From Spirochaetia bacterium (GTDB lineage: Bacteria > Spirochaetota > Spirochaetia > SZUA-6 > Bin103), in NCBI GenBank assembly GCA_965198005.1, contig CBDAOI010000004.1, positions 640,001 through 704,000 of the forward strand: a stretch of 64,000 nucleotides of DNA, written 5' to 3'. The notes below the pieces were generated by a model. The model made no database searches. It saw only the letters and a program-made list of their open reading frames with translations, and was not told where the DNA came from. Below are positions 30,101 to 42,714 of the stretch, in pieces; the stretch's first letter is position 1; each line of letters begins with the position of its first letter. The translations under genes and the position numbers were made by a program.

Positions 30101-30226
30101 GCGCAGGACACCCGGATCGCCGCCGCCGGCACCAGTTGCCGCGCCCAGATCGCCCACGGCACCCGGCGCAGCGCCCTGCACCCGGCCCAGCTCCTGCGCC
30201 AAGCCCTGGCCCCCGATCGGCCCTGA
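27101..30226 (+). CDS. FAD-binding (Fe-S) oxidoreductase, GlcD/GlcF-like fusion (2-hydroxyacid dehydrogenase family)
   Basis: YSTDASIY, GSEGTL, HASAGCLH, SEHGDG, CIECKACKAECP, CCG motifs. Confidence 0.92.
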   Translation: MSTTITSTPERPAGAAHSRAAVQNVADFLADLEPQVRGELRTDTYSRLLYSTDASIYQVMPHAVLIPQSMEDVHAAVTLAAERAIPIVPRTAGSSLAGQAIGEALIIDFSRHLDRIVELNAEEGWVRVQPGIVLDELNLYLKPHGLQFGPDPASSNRAAMGGIVANNSTGAHSILYGMTADHVLELDTILSDGSGAHLGPVAADAFDQYARRPGLEGRLYHGVAELAQRNEDTILAGTPRHWRRCGGYNLDRFVDGAAFRYPRDPRFNLAKLICGSEGTLAVMTELKLGVVPLPRRTGLAVVHFDSLYEALSAVPPMLETGPSAIELLDNLGLTLCRGVPQYARLLSTFVEGDPDCVLITEFYGGTEAEVRASVDKLQRRLARQGVRTRTVAAIDPALQRNVWAVRKVGLGLMMSIKGDYKPIPFIEDAAVPPQHLADYVTEIQRFCGEIGVQRVAMYAHASAGCLHIRPLINTKLASDVERLPRISSFAVELLGRYGGVWSSEHGDGRARSWLNEQFFGRELYQLYRQVKGLFDPVGILNPGQVVDAPPMTQDLRYGADYRALQQPEHLDFSTDQGFERAVEMCNGAAICRKKTEGTMCPSFMVTREEEHSTRGRANLLRAALSGELPAEELTGARLYAAMDLCIECKACKAECPSSVDMAKIKFEYLARYYEANPVPRRVRFFADVARTSRAASGWRAPLVNALNGAAPVRWLLEKALGISRARTLPRFAARPFTRWFAGRAAARAGDNLELPGGAPRADDAAAKRPAPTANGHPGARPPRPGANGGPPTAAAGGVTRDVVLFNDTFNTYNDPEVAIAATEVLEAAGYRVVLPGHWCCGRPMVSKGLMEPARAAARATVERLHPLVARGMPVIGLEPSCILTLKDEYLSLLPDDPRVREVADAAVTFEEFVAAEAAAGRFNLRFRPQAGRVLLHGHCHQKALVGTGASHRTLELAGFTVEEVDSGCCGMAGSFGYEAEHLDLSLAMAERRLLPAVRAAAQDTRIAAAGTSCRAQIAHGTRRSALHPAQLLRQALAPDRP

Positions 30227-30338
30227 GACCGCGCCGCCGCACCGCCGCACCGCCCCGCGGTTGAAGCACGGCGGAAGATCGAGCCGTAGAACGGTGGTGT
30301 GGTTACGCGTTACACTGGGCAGGCACCGCTGAGGTGCG

Positions 30339-30656
30339 ATGATGAGTCCTGAACTGGTCGGCATCCTGACCGTCGGCGTAGCGTTGGCGGCACTGAACCT
30401 GACGACCCTGCGCACCCTGCGTACGGAGCTCCGCACCGACCTTCGAGGGCTGCGTGGCGAGTTGCGCGGCGTGCGCGATGAGTTGCGTGGGGACATTCGC
30501 GCTCTGGACGACCGGATGCGGGGCCAGGAACGGTCGACGGCAAGACTGGAAGGCCTGCTGGAAGGCCTGCGCGAGGCAGTCGTGGTACGGGCCGGTCCAT
30601 GGTCGAGCGCCGGTGGACCTGCGCGCGCCGACAGCGACGAACAGGCTCACGGGTAA
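30339..30656 (+). CDS. Small membrane-anchored coiled-coil protein
   Basis: GAGGTG RBS; MSPELVGILTVGVALAAL, coiled coil, ARLEGLLEG; same architecture as 10878..11324. Confidence 0.7.
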   Translation: MMSPELVGILTVGVALAALNLTTLRTLRTELRTDLRGLRGELRGVRDELRGDIRALDDRMRGQERSTARLEGLLEGLREAVVVRAGPWSSAGGPARADSDEQAHG

Positions 30657-30683
30657 CATCCAATGGCGGCGCGGCGCGCGGCG

Positions 30684-31385
30684 CTATCCGGTTGACCGGG
30701 GTAGCAGGTAGCCGCGGCCGTAGCCGCGCACCAGGTGGCTGGCCAGCCAGCGGCCGCGGCCGTCGCGCGGAGAGCCGCGCTGGCGCATCGGCGCGTTCAG
30801 GGCACGGGCATCGGGATGGCGGAGGTTCATTCGTTCGATGGTCACGCCCGTGCGGATGTGGTTGTGCACGTAGCTGATGGTGCCGTCGGCTGCGACCGCC
30901 ATGACCATGCCCACGTGGGTCAACTCGTCGTTCCAGCGCTCATCGCCGTTGCGGTCGAAGGTGTTGTCGAAGAACACGACGTCACCGGGAGCGGGGTGCT
31001 CCCAGGCGCGCGCCGGGTAGTACAGCGCGTGGCGTTGCATCATCTGGTAGACCCGGTGCACGCCGCTGCCGGTGTAGCGCTCGAAGTGCGCGTCGAGGTT
31101 GATGCCGGCGGCCGCGTAGACCGCCAGCACGGTACCGGTGCAGTCGTCGTTGTACCGGGTGCCGCCGACGTAGAGCGCGTCGCGGCCGACCAGGTCGTGT
31201 CCGGCGGCCACCAGGTTGCGCTGGCGCGCGTCCATCCGGCGTACGTCCGTCTGCGGTGCTTCCCGGCCCGCGGGCGCCGCCGCCGGCAGACCGCCGAACG
31301 GCGGTGGCGAGCTGGCGCACGAGCACAGCGCCGCGATCAACGCCGCTCCCACCAGTGCCGGACCCGGTTTTACCCACACCTTCAC
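30684..31385 (-). CDS. NlpC/P60- or CHAP-like lipoprotein
   Basis: Signal peptide ending in Cys; DCTGTV, PGDVVFFDNT, HVGMV. Confidence 0.8.
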   Translation of the reverse strand: MKVWVKPGPALVGAALIAALCSCASSPPPFGGLPAAAPAGREAPQTDVRRMDARQRNLVAAGHDLVGRDALYVGGTRYNDDCTGTVLAVYAAAGINLDAHFERYTGSGVHRVYQMMQRHALYYPARAWEHPAPGDVVFFDNTFDRNGDERWNDELTHVGMVMAVAADGTISYVHNHIRTGVTIERMNLRHPDARALNAPMRQRGSPRDGRGRWLASHLVRGYGRGYLLPRSTG

Positions 31386-31513
31386 AGTATTGGTATCGGC
31401 ATTCGGGCCGCCGACCGGCAGGTGCCGCCGGTGCCGCCGTGCCGCCCCGGGCCGCCGGTGGACGGCCGCCGCCTTCGGCGCTAGGCTGATTACTGGAGGT
31501 ACGTCGCACCGCC

Positions 31514-34261
<2,748 letters not shown>

Positions 34262-34305
34262 AGCGACCGGTCGCACGACCGGTGGGCATGGTGGCGCTTC
34301 GGTAG

Positions 34306-34773
34306 TCAGCGGAGGCCGGGAGCGGCGAGCTGGCGCAGCGCCTCGTACACCACCACCGCCACCGCGTTGGCCAGGTTGAGCGAGCGCAGGCCGGGGCGCA
34401 TCGGGATGCGGGCGGTGGCCGGCGCATGGCGCACGCGCAGCTCGGCGGGCAGGCCGGCGGTCTCGTTGCCGAACAGCAGGTAGGCGCCGCGCCGGTAGGC
34501 GAGGTCGGTGTAGCGCCGCCCGCCGTGGGTGGTGAGCAGCACGAGCTGGCCGCCGGGCGCGGCGGCCGCGGCCAGCACCGGCTGCAGGTCGGCGTGGGTG
34601 CGCACGGTCACCTCGGACCAGTAGTCGAGGCCGGCGCGGCGCGCGGCGCTGTCGGTCACGGCGAAGCCGAGCGGTTCGATCAGATGCAGCTCCGCGCCCA
34701 CCGCGGCGCAGGTGCGGGCGATGTTGCCGGTGTTCTGCGGGATCCGCGGGCGGTAGAGGACGACGTGCAGCAC
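34306..34773 (-). CDS. trmL: tRNA (cytidine/uridine-34-2'-O)-methyltransferase
   Basis: PRIPQNTGNIARTC, RRAGLDYW, FGNETAGLP, RSLNLANA. Confidence 0.93.
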   Translation of the reverse strand: MLHVVLYRPRIPQNTGNIARTCAAVGAELHLIEPLGFAVTDSAARRAGLDYWSEVTVRTHADLQPVLAAAAAPGGQLVLLTTHGGRRYTDLAYRRGAYLLFGNETAGLPAELRVRHAPATARIPMRPGLRSLNLANAVAVVVYEALRQLAAPGLR

Positions 34774-34789
34774 CGGCCCGCCCGGTCCG

Positions 34790-35752
34790 TCAGTCGGCGA
34801 GCACACCCGCGTACAACGAGCTCGACAGGTAGCGCTCGCCCGAATCGGGCAGCACGACCACGATGGTGCGGCCCTCGAACTCCGGCTCGTGACCGATGCG
34901 CACCGCCACCGCGGTGGCCGCCCCGCACGAGATGCCGGCCAGGATGCCCTCTTCCAGCGCCAGCCGCCGGGCGAAATCCAGCGCCTCGTCGTCGCTCACC
35001 GTCTCCACCCGGTCCACCACCTCGAGGTCGAGCGTGTCCGGCACGAAACCGGCGCCGATGCCCTGGATCTTGTGCACGCGCGGCTCCAGTGGCTGGCCGG
35101 CCAGGGTCTGACTGATTATTTGGCTGTCGTCCGGCTCCACCGCCACCGACGTGATCGCCTTGCTCTGGGTGTGCTTGAGGTAGCGCGACACGCCGGTGAT
35201 GGTGCCGCCGGTGCCGACCCCGGCCACCAGGCAGTCGATCTCGCCGCCGGTGTCGCGCCAGATCTCCGGACCGGTGGTGCGTTCGTGGATCGCGGGGTTG
35301 GCCGGGTTCTTGAACTGCTGCAGCAGCAGGTAGCGGTCGGGGTCCTGCGCCGCCAGCCGTTCGGCGCTCACCACGGCGCCCTCCATCCCCTCGTAGGCGT
35401 CGGTGAGGATCAGGCGCGCTCCGAACGCGCGCAGGATCTTGCGCCGTTCCTCGCTCATGTTGTCCGGCATGGTGAGGGTCAGGGGGTAGCCGCGCGCCGC
35501 CGCCACGAACGCGAGGGCGATGCCGGTGTTGCCGCTGGTCGGCTCCACCAGCTCCACGCCGGGGCCGAGCAGGCCGCGTTCCTCGGCGTCCCACACCATC
35601 GCCGCGCCGATCCGGCACTTCACCGAATAGGCGGGGTTGCGGCCTTCGATCTTGGCCAGAATGCGCGCGCGCGCGCCGTCGGTCACGCGATTGAGCCGCA
35701 CCAGCGGGGTGCCGCCGATCGCCAGGGTGTTGTCGCGGTAAATGTTCGGCAT
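34790..35752 (-). CDS. cysK: Cysteine synthase A
   Basis: [51 protein letters not shown]. Confidence 0.96.
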   Translation of the reverse strand: MPNIYRDNTLAIGGTPLVRLNRVTDGARARILAKIEGRNPAYSVKCRIGAAMVWDAEERGLLGPGVELVEPTSGNTGIALAFVAAARGYPLTLTMPDNMSEERRKILRAFGARLILTDAYEGMEGAVVSAERLAAQDPDRYLLLQQFKNPANPAIHERTTGPEIWRDTGGEIDCLVAGVGTGGTITGVSRYLKHTQSKAITSVAVEPDDSQIISQTLAGQPLEPRVHKIQGIGAGFVPDTLDLEVVDRVETVSDDEALDFARRLALEEGILAGISCGAATAVAVRIGHEPEFEGRTIVVVLPDSGERYLSSSLYAGVLAD

Positions 35753-35958
35753 CGGGTAACCGGGCCAGCTCGGGCGTCAGTCGCACCTGATGTGGTAAAC
35801 GAGTTGCCCCGCCATTGCAAGCGCGCACGACACCGCAGACGCCGCAGAAGCACCATACGACACCCGCGCGACCGTTCTGCGCCTCCTGGAGCCTCCTGCC
35901 TGCGACAGGGCCGATCGGTCCGTGGCATAGTAGGAAGGCACACGGATGGGATAGAGCC

Positions 35959-37353
35959 ATGCCAATCGACGCGCCGCGTTTCTGGGAGCAGATCCGTCGA
36001 CTGTTGCAGTCACGCGGGCAGTCGGATGTCGCGGCCACTGATACGCAGGTCGTGCGCAACACTGGCATCAACAGCTTGTACCCAGGCTGGTGGCGACGCT
36101 ATGCCAGTTCGCGGACAAACGACCGCGACGAGATCATCCTGACCAAGCTGAAGTTCCTCAAGGATGACCGACACGGAACGCTGTGCGCGACCGTTGGCGG
36201 AGTGTTGCTCGGCGCGGACGAGCCCCGCGAGTGGCTGCCGAACGCGTACATCCAGGCCGTGTGCTACGACGGGACCCGCATGGACGGCAACCGACAACTC
36301 GACGCCCAGGACATCGGCGGGCCGCTCGACCGGCAGATACGAGACGCAATGCGGTTCGTCGTGCGCAACCGGCGCGTCGCGGCGTGCCAGCGACCGGCCC
36401 GTAGCGACGTGCCCCAGTACAGCGAACGCGCGGTGTTCGAGGCCGTGGTGAACGCCGTCGTTCACCGGGACTACGCGGTTGCGGGGTCGAAGATTCGGCT
36501 GTTCATCTTCGACGACCGCCTGGAGCTGTACTCGCCGGGCGGACTGTGCAACTCCATGACGACCGACGACCTGCGCTCGAGCCAGTTCACCCGCAACGAG
36601 CTCCTGGCCTCGCGGCTCGGACAATGCCCCGTGGGCGACGTGCCCGGTGCCGGTGGCCGGCAGTACTTCATCCAACGCCGCGGCGAGGGGGTCGCCGTTA
36701 TCGAGGACGAGACGTTCGCGTTGTCCGGGAAGAAGCCCGAGTTCGAGTTGCTCGGCGAGCGGGAGTTGAAACTCGTCCTGCCGGCTGCAAGCCCGCCTGT
36801 GCCGGACGGAATCGCGGCGCGTGTAGCCGTCCGGCATGACGCTACAGGAGAACCGCTTGAGGGCGTACACGTGCTGCTGATCTATCCCAACAAGACTTGG
36901 CTGGAGGCGCGTACCGATGCGTTCGGACACGCGGACTTCCACCTGTACGCGCGGCTGCCGATGACCGTGCTATGCGCAGCGCCGAGGTTCACGGCCCGGG
37001 TGGCGAGCGACCATGTGCCGGATGGACCGCTTGAACTGCGGATGCGGCCCGCGCCGGACGGCGGCTCGCTGATCATCCCCAACCGGACCGGACACCTACC
37101 CGGTATCCGGGGACGGCTGAACCCCATGCTCGACAAGCTGGACCGAACCTACCTGTACGCTGACAACGTGGCAATCAATGACGGACTCCAACAACCGGTC
37201 CACTTCAAGCTCAACGAAGCAGTTCGCCTGACCGATTCGATGGGCGCCGGCGCCACGTTGTGGTTTCGCGAGATGCTGGGCTCGTCCTGCGTGTTCGACT
37301 ATCGCTACGCCCCGGCATCACCGGCCGCGAGCGGCACCGGTCTGAACGCCTGA
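35959..37353 (+). CDS. RecG-C-terminal-like (HATPase_c_4) domain protein, apparently lacking the usual N-terminal AlbA/Schlafen domain
   Basis: AVFEAVVNAVVHRDY, DDRLELYSPGGL, RNELLA, RRGEGV. Start uncertain; may be a truncated gene. Confidence 0.7.
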   Translation: MPIDAPRFWEQIRRLLQSRGQSDVAATDTQVVRNTGINSLYPGWWRRYASSRTNDRDEIILTKLKFLKDDRHGTLCATVGGVLLGADEPREWLPNAYIQAVCYDGTRMDGNRQLDAQDIGGPLDRQIRDAMRFVVRNRRVAACQRPARSDVPQYSERAVFEAVVNAVVHRDYAVAGSKIRLFIFDDRLELYSPGGLCNSMTTDDLRSSQFTRNELLASRLGQCPVGDVPGAGGRQYFIQRRGEGVAVIEDETFALSGKKPEFELLGERELKLVLPAASPPVPDGIAARVAVRHDATGEPLEGVHVLLIYPNKTWLEARTDAFGHADFHLYARLPMTVLCAAPRFTARVASDHVPDGPLELRMRPAPDGGSLIIPNRTGHLPGIRGRLNPMLDKLDRTYLYADNVAINDGLQQPVHFKLNEAVRLTDSMGAGATLWFREMLGSSCVFDYRYAPASPAASGTGLNA

Positions 37354-37453
37354 AACTCGCAGATCGTTGACAGACAACGCATGTACCCATGGTAAGCTGG
37401 AGTGACGATTCCATCTACGGGAGCCGCTCCCATCCAAGCCCGGAGCGTGCCGA

Positions 37454-37972
37454 CTAATTCAGGCCCGGGGCAGACGGCGGCGGGGGGATGATTTCTTTCC
37501 GCATCAACCACTCGTCGATCAGCTTGTAGATTTCCGCGATCTCGTCGTCTGAACGTCCGTGAGCATGCATCCAATCCTCGAAAGGTCGTTCACCTGCAAT
37601 CATGCGGCTGAGCAGATCCCGAACGTCGGTCTCCGACACGCCGCACGCATCGATCCGCACCTGTCCGCTGGCAGGGATGACACCATCGGCGGTCAAGTCC
37701 AACAGCGCACGTCGATTCTCTCGAACCAATTGATCAAGGCAGTCGCTGACAGCCGCCCTTCGGGATGGGATGAACCGACGCATTTCCATCTGCCTGTCGA
37801 GATGCTCCCTGACCCTGGCGATCCCACCCCTGGCAAGCCAGCTTCTCAGATTGTCCACGGAACTACCGACCGAACGGAAGCGGTCGTGCTTCATGACTTC
37901 GAGTGCATATCGGAAACTACCCCGAAAGAACTCCTCCCAACCGTCACGTTCCAGATGCTCGATCAGGGCCAT
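37454..37972 (-). CDS. Hypothetical protein (172 aa)
   Basis: GGAGG RBS before ATG 37972; MALIEHLERDGWEEFFRGSF...; globular composition. Confidence 0.7.
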   Translation of the reverse strand: MALIEHLERDGWEEFFRGSFRYALEVMKHDRFRSVGSSVDNLRSWLARGGIARVREHLDRQMEMRRFIPSRRAAVSDCLDQLVRENRRALLDLTADGVIPASGQVRIDACGVSETDVRDLLSRMIAGERPFEDWMHAHGRSDDEIAEIYKLIDEWLMRKEIIPPPPSAPGLN

Positions 37973-38185
37973 GTAACTGTCCTCCTGGCGCCGTGCGGCT
38001 GCCGATCGTGAGCGGTATCTGCCGTCTGATGCCAACGATAGATACCTCAAACTCACAGTACGCAGGAATTGCACCACATCATACCACGGCCGGATGAAAG
38101 GGTCTACCGGACCCGGGACGGATCGGCGCGGACGTGCGTTGACAGACGGGGCGGATGCCCCTACGGTGGGTTGCGGGACGAGGCG

Positions 38186-38839
38186 ATGTTGAGATTTGCG
38201 GAAGAGATCATGCTGCTCCTGCTGGATGACGACGGCGGCATGTTTGTGCGCGCGCCGGAGATGTCGCTGCACTGCGCCCTGGCGGGGGCGGTGCTGATGG
38301 AGCTCGCGCTCGAGAACCGGATCGACACCGATCCCGAACGGCTTGTGCTGATCGATTCCACCCCGGTCGGGGACGACCTGCTCGACGCCACGCTGCAACG
38401 GATCGCGCAGGCGACGGCGACCAACGACGCCCGCTACTGGGTCGAGCTGCTGGCCGAGGAGGCCGGCGAGATTCGCGAAGCGGCGCTCGGCCGTCTCATC
38501 GAGCGCGGCATCCTGCAACTCCGGAACGACCGCTTTCTGTGGGTCTTCCGGTCACGACGCTACCCCGTGGTCGACGGCAAGGCGGAACGGGAGGTGAAGC
38601 TGCGGATCATGGAGGTGTTGTTCAGCGACCTGATCCCCGATCCGCGCGACGTGGTCATCATCGGCCTCGCGGACGCCTGTGGCCTGTTCCGCGAATTGCT
38701 GCCGCGGCGGGAGCTGCAGCGGGTCCGGTCGCGTATCGAGCAGGTGCGCAAGCTCGACCTGATCGGGCAGGCGGTGTCGCAGGCGGTCTGGGAAATCGAA
38801 GCGTCGATCGCCCTTGCGATGCGCCCCATGATCATGTAG
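38186..38839 (+). CDS. GOLPH3/Vps74 (GPP34) family protein
   Basis: FAEEIMLLLLDD, LAGAVLMELAL, TPVGDDLLD, RRYP. Promoter TTGACA-N17-TACGGT at 38139-38167. Confidence 0.85.
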   Translation: MLRFAEEIMLLLLDDDGGMFVRAPEMSLHCALAGAVLMELALENRIDTDPERLVLIDSTPVGDDLLDATLQRIAQATATNDARYWVELLAEEAGEIREAALGRLIERGILQLRNDRFLWVFRSRRYPVVDGKAEREVKLRIMEVLFSDLIPDPRDVVIIGLADACGLFRELLPRRELQRVRSRIEQVRKLDLIGQAVSQAVWEIEASIALAMRPMIM

Positions 38840-38913
38840 CGACTCCGGCGGCCGCGCGCGCTGCCTTGCCCCTCCGGCCCGCCCGGCGCTACTCTCATAC
38901 GTACCCACCGTCT

Positions 38914-40464
38914 ATGCCTGCCGACGCCAGTCAATCCGACCAGTCCGACCAGTCCGCCCCCGGCGCCGTGCCCCGTACGCTGGCCGAGTTGCGGGCGGCC
39001 GGGTACCCGCAGCGGCGCACGGTCAAGGAGGAGATGCGCGCCAACCTGGTGCGCATGCTGCACGCCGGGACCGACCTCGGCGCGCTGTTCCCCGGCATCC
39101 TGGGTTACGAGCAGACCGTCCTGCCGGGGCTGGTGAACGCCATCCTGTCGCGCCACGACTTCGTCCTGCTCGGTCTGCGCGGCCAGGCCAAGACGCGCAT
39201 CCTGCGCAGCCTGGTGCGGTTCCTGGATGAGCGCATCCCGGCGATCGCCGGCACCGACCTCAACGAGAATCCATTCGCTCCGATCACGGCGCAGGGGCGC
39301 CGGCTGCTGGCCGAGCATGGCGACGCCACCCCGATCCGCTGGATCGGGCGCGACCAGCGCTACCAGGAGAAGCTGGCCACTCCCGACGTCACGATCGCCG
39401 ACCTGATCGGCGACGTCGACCCGATCAAGGCCGCCACGCAGCGCCTCTCCTACGCCGACCAGGGCGTGATCCACTACGGCATCGTGCCGCGCACCAACCG
39501 CGGCATCTTCGCCATCAACGAGGTGCCGGACCTGCCGCCGCGGATCCAGGTGGGGCTGCTCAACATCCTGGAGGAGAACGACTTCCAGATCCGCGGCTTC
39601 CCGCTGCGCATCCCGCTCGACATCTGCATGGTGTTCTCCGCCAACCCCGAGGACTACACCAACCGCGGCAACATCATCTCACCGCTCAAGGACCGCATCG
39701 ACTCCCAGATCATCACCCACTACCCGCAGGACATGGAGCACGCGCTGGCCATCACCCGCCAGGAGGCGTGGGAAGGGCGCCGCGGCGCCGCCCGCATCGA
39801 AGTGCCGGACTACTTCCGCGAGTTGATCGAGGACGTGGCGTTCGAGGCGCGCGAAAGCGAGTTCGTGGACCAGAATTCGGGCGTGTCGGCGCGCATGACG
39901 ATCGCCCTGCTGGAGAACGTGATCTCCAACGTGGAGCGGCGCTGCTTCAGGCATGGCGACCGCGTGGCCTGTCCGCGGCTGTCCGACCTGCAGCAGGCGC
40001 TGCCGGCGATCACCGGCAAGCTGGAGCTGGTGTACGAGGGCGAGCAGGAGGGGCCGGCGCTGGTGGCGCGCAAGATCATCGGCCAGGCGGTGCGGCGCAC
40101 CTTCCGCCGCTACTTCCCCAAGCCGGACGTCAAGGTGCGCGAGCCGGAGGAAGAAGCGGACACCTCGTCGCCGTACAGCCCGGTCGTCGCCTGGTTCGCC
40201 GAGGGTAACACGCTCGAGACCTCGGACGACCTCACGTACGGCGAGTACCGGGGGCGTCTGGAGCAGGTGAGCGGGCTGCGTGACCTCGCCGCGGCCGGCC
40301 TGAAGATCGGGGCGGAAGAGGAACTGGGGCTGGGGATGGAGCTGGTCCTGGAGGGGCTGCATCAGCACTCGATGCTGTCCAAGCGCGACCTCGACAGCGC
40401 CACCTCCTACCGCGACATGCTCAAGGCGATGTTCGACCAGATGAAGGACGAGGAGCGCGACTGA
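38914..40464 (+). CDS. Magnesium-chelatase/MoxR-like AAA+ ATPase
   Basis: LGLRGQAKT, EKLATPD, RGIFAINEVPDL, ANPEDYTNRG. Confidence 0.9.
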   Translation: MPADASQSDQSDQSAPGAVPRTLAELRAAGYPQRRTVKEEMRANLVRMLHAGTDLGALFPGILGYEQTVLPGLVNAILSRHDFVLLGLRGQAKTRILRSLVRFLDERIPAIAGTDLNENPFAPITAQGRRLLAEHGDATPIRWIGRDQRYQEKLATPDVTIADLIGDVDPIKAATQRLSYADQGVIHYGIVPRTNRGIFAINEVPDLPPRIQVGLLNILEENDFQIRGFPLRIPLDICMVFSANPEDYTNRGNIISPLKDRIDSQIITHYPQDMEHALAITRQEAWEGRRGAARIEVPDYFRELIEDVAFEARESEFVDQNSGVSARMTIALLENVISNVERRCFRHGDRVACPRLSDLQQALPAITGKLELVYEGEQEGPALVARKIIGQAVRRTFRRYFPKPDVKVREPEEEADTSSPYSPVVAWFAEGNTLETSDDLTYGEYRGRLEQVSGLRDLAAAGLKIGAEEELGLGMELVLEGLHQHSMLSKRDLDSATSYRDMLKAMFDQMKDEERD

Positions 40465-41552
40465 TGAACTTCCAGTACCTGAAGTGGGACGAGTCGCTGG
40501 CCGCCGCCCTGCAGAACTTCTCGAACCTGATGAGCCTGTTCAACTTTCTGCTGCTGCAGGCGAGCGGCGACGTGGACCGGGTGCTGCAGTGGATGAAGTA
40601 CCTGCAGCGCCGCGGCTTCATCGATCCGCGGTTCGATCTGGAGGAGTTCCGCGAGCAGCTTGAGCACCAGGCGATCATCCAGCCCGACGGCGAGGGCTAC
40701 GCGCTGACCGCGCGCGGCGAGCAGCAGATCCGCAAGGAATCGCTCAAGCTGGTGTTCAACAACCTCAAGAAGGGCGGCTTCGGCCAGCACCGCACCCCGC
40801 ACACGGGCGACGGCGGCGAGCGCCTGCCGGAGACCCGGCCCTACCGGTTCGGCGACGCGATCACCCAGATCGACGCCTTCGCCACGATCAACAACGCGGT
40901 GCAGCGGGGTGGGGTGGAGGACATCCAACTCGGCGAGCAGGACTTCGAGGTGTTCGACACCGAGCACACCTCCTCCTGCGCCACGGTGCTGTTGATCGAC
41001 CTGAGCCACAGCATGATCCTGTACGGCGAGGACCGCATCACGCCCGCCAAGCAGGTGGCGCTGGCGCTGTACGAGCTGATCAGCAGCCAGTACCCCAAGG
41101 ACAGCCTGCACGTCGCCTACTTCGGCGACGACGCGCGCATGATCGAGGTGCGCGACATCCCCTATCTCAAGGTGGGGCCGTTCCACACCAACACCAAGGC
41201 GGGGCTGCAGCTCGCCCAGACCGTGCTGCGCAACCAGAAGCACCCCAACAAGCAGGTGTTCATGATCACCGACGGCAAGCCGTCCGCGATCTTCGAGAAC
41301 GGCCGCCTGTACAAGAATTCCTTCGGCCTCGACCCCAAGATCGTCAATCAGACCCTGGAAGAAGCCGCCGCCTGCAAGCGCCAGGGGATCGTGATCACCA
41401 CCTTCATGGTCACCGAGGATCCCTATCTCGTGCAGTTCGTCGAGGAGCTGTCCCAAGTCAACAGCGGCCGCGCCTACTACTCGTCGCTCGACAACCTGGG
41501 CAACTACGTGTTCGCCGACTACGCCAAGAACCGCCGCCGCAACGTCCGGTAG
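40464..41552 (+). CDS. VWA-domain protein, partner of the AAA+ ATPase
   Basis: MIDAS motif LIDLSHSM, TNT, MITDGKPS; overlaps the ATPase stop. Confidence 0.9.
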   Translation: MNFQYLKWDESLAAALQNFSNLMSLFNFLLLQASGDVDRVLQWMKYLQRRGFIDPRFDLEEFREQLEHQAIIQPDGEGYALTARGEQQIRKESLKLVFNNLKKGGFGQHRTPHTGDGGERLPETRPYRFGDAITQIDAFATINNAVQRGGVEDIQLGEQDFEVFDTEHTSSCATVLLIDLSHSMILYGEDRITPAKQVALALYELISSQYPKDSLHVAYFGDDARMIEVRDIPYLKVGPFHTNTKAGLQLAQTVLRNQKHPNKQVFMITDGKPSAIFENGRLYKNSFGLDPKIVNQTLEEAAACKRQGIVITTFMVTEDPYLVQFVEELSQVNSGRAYYSSLDNLGNYVFADYAKNRRRNVR

Positions 41553-41912
41553 CAAGGGTCAACGGGGCTAGGTGGGGTGGACGGCCGCCCGGGCGCAGGC
41601 GCGTGACCACCTGCGCCGCCGCAGGCGCGCATCCCGACTGGGAGTGACTGGCGGGAGTTGGCGGAGGGTGCCGGGGCACTGAAGGGGCTGCGCAAGTACA
41701 AATCGGTGGACAACCTGCTGCGCACGCTCTTGATCCATCTGGGCTGCGGGCACTCGTTGCGTGAGACCGTGGTGCGGGCGCGGCAGGCGAATCTCGCCGA
41801 TCTGTCCGATGTAGCTCTGCTGAAGCGCCTGCGGAAATCAAAGGACTGGTTGTACGCCCTGTGCGTTCGGCTGTTTCAGGAACACGGCATCGCGGTGGCG
41901 ACCGACGGGCGG
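41553..41912 (+). mobile_element. IS4-family-like transposase 5' fragment
   Basis: WRELA...LLRTLLIHLGCGHSLRET...LSDVALLKRLRKS; begins right after the VWA stop and is cut before the DDE core. Confidence 0.7.
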
Positions 41913-42642
41913 TGACCTCGGTGCGGGCTGGGTTCTGGAGTTGTGGGAGAAGGCTTCGACGCCGGCGGAGGCAGCGCGGGTCCGGAAGGCGTCGGTCGCG
42001 GCCATCCTGAAGCGCAACCGCATCCGGCGCCATGATGCTGTCAGTGTGCTGCGCATCCTGCGGCAGCAGCCGCTTGAGGTGGGCCGCGGGACGATAGCGG
42101 CGGCTACGGCGCACATCGCGAGCGTCATCGTCCGGCTGAAGCTGGTCGACCAGCAACTCAAACAGGCGCACAGCCGGCTCGACGAACTGCTGGCCGAGAT
42201 TGTGGCCGCCGACGACTCGGGTGAACCAGAAGCGCAGCGTGACGCCGTCATCCTGCGTTCGATGCCCGGTGTTGGTCGGATCGTGCTCGCCACGCTGTTC
42301 GCGGAAGCCTCACAGTTGCTGGCTGAGCGAGACTACCGCAGTTTGCGGATTCTGACCGGGGTGGCGCCGGTGACCAAGCGGTCGGGGAAGAGTTGCCAGG
42401 TGAGCATGCGCCGTGCCTGCAACCAGCGGCTGAGCAACGCGATGTATCACTGGGCGCGGGTGGCGATCCAGCACGATCCGGTGAGTCGGGAGCGGTATGC
42501 GGCGCTACGAGCGCGCGGGCAGCGCCATGGCCGGGCGCTGCGTACGGTCGCGGACCGGTTGCTCGCGGTGGCGTGCGCGATGCTGCGTGACCGCACGCAG
42601 TTTGATCCACAGCACCGGGCACCGCGACCGCTGACCGCCTGA
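41913..42642 (+). mobile_element. IS110-family transposase 3' fragment
   Basis: ILRSMPGVGRI, GVAPVTKRSGKS, RRACNQRL, YAALRARG; N-terminal DEDD domain absent. Confidence 0.85.
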
Positions 42643-42714
42643 TGGGGGAAGGTGGGCCGGGCGAGGGGATAATCCGAACCTGTTACGTAACGGAGCGTAA
42701 CGGGAAGTAGAGCA

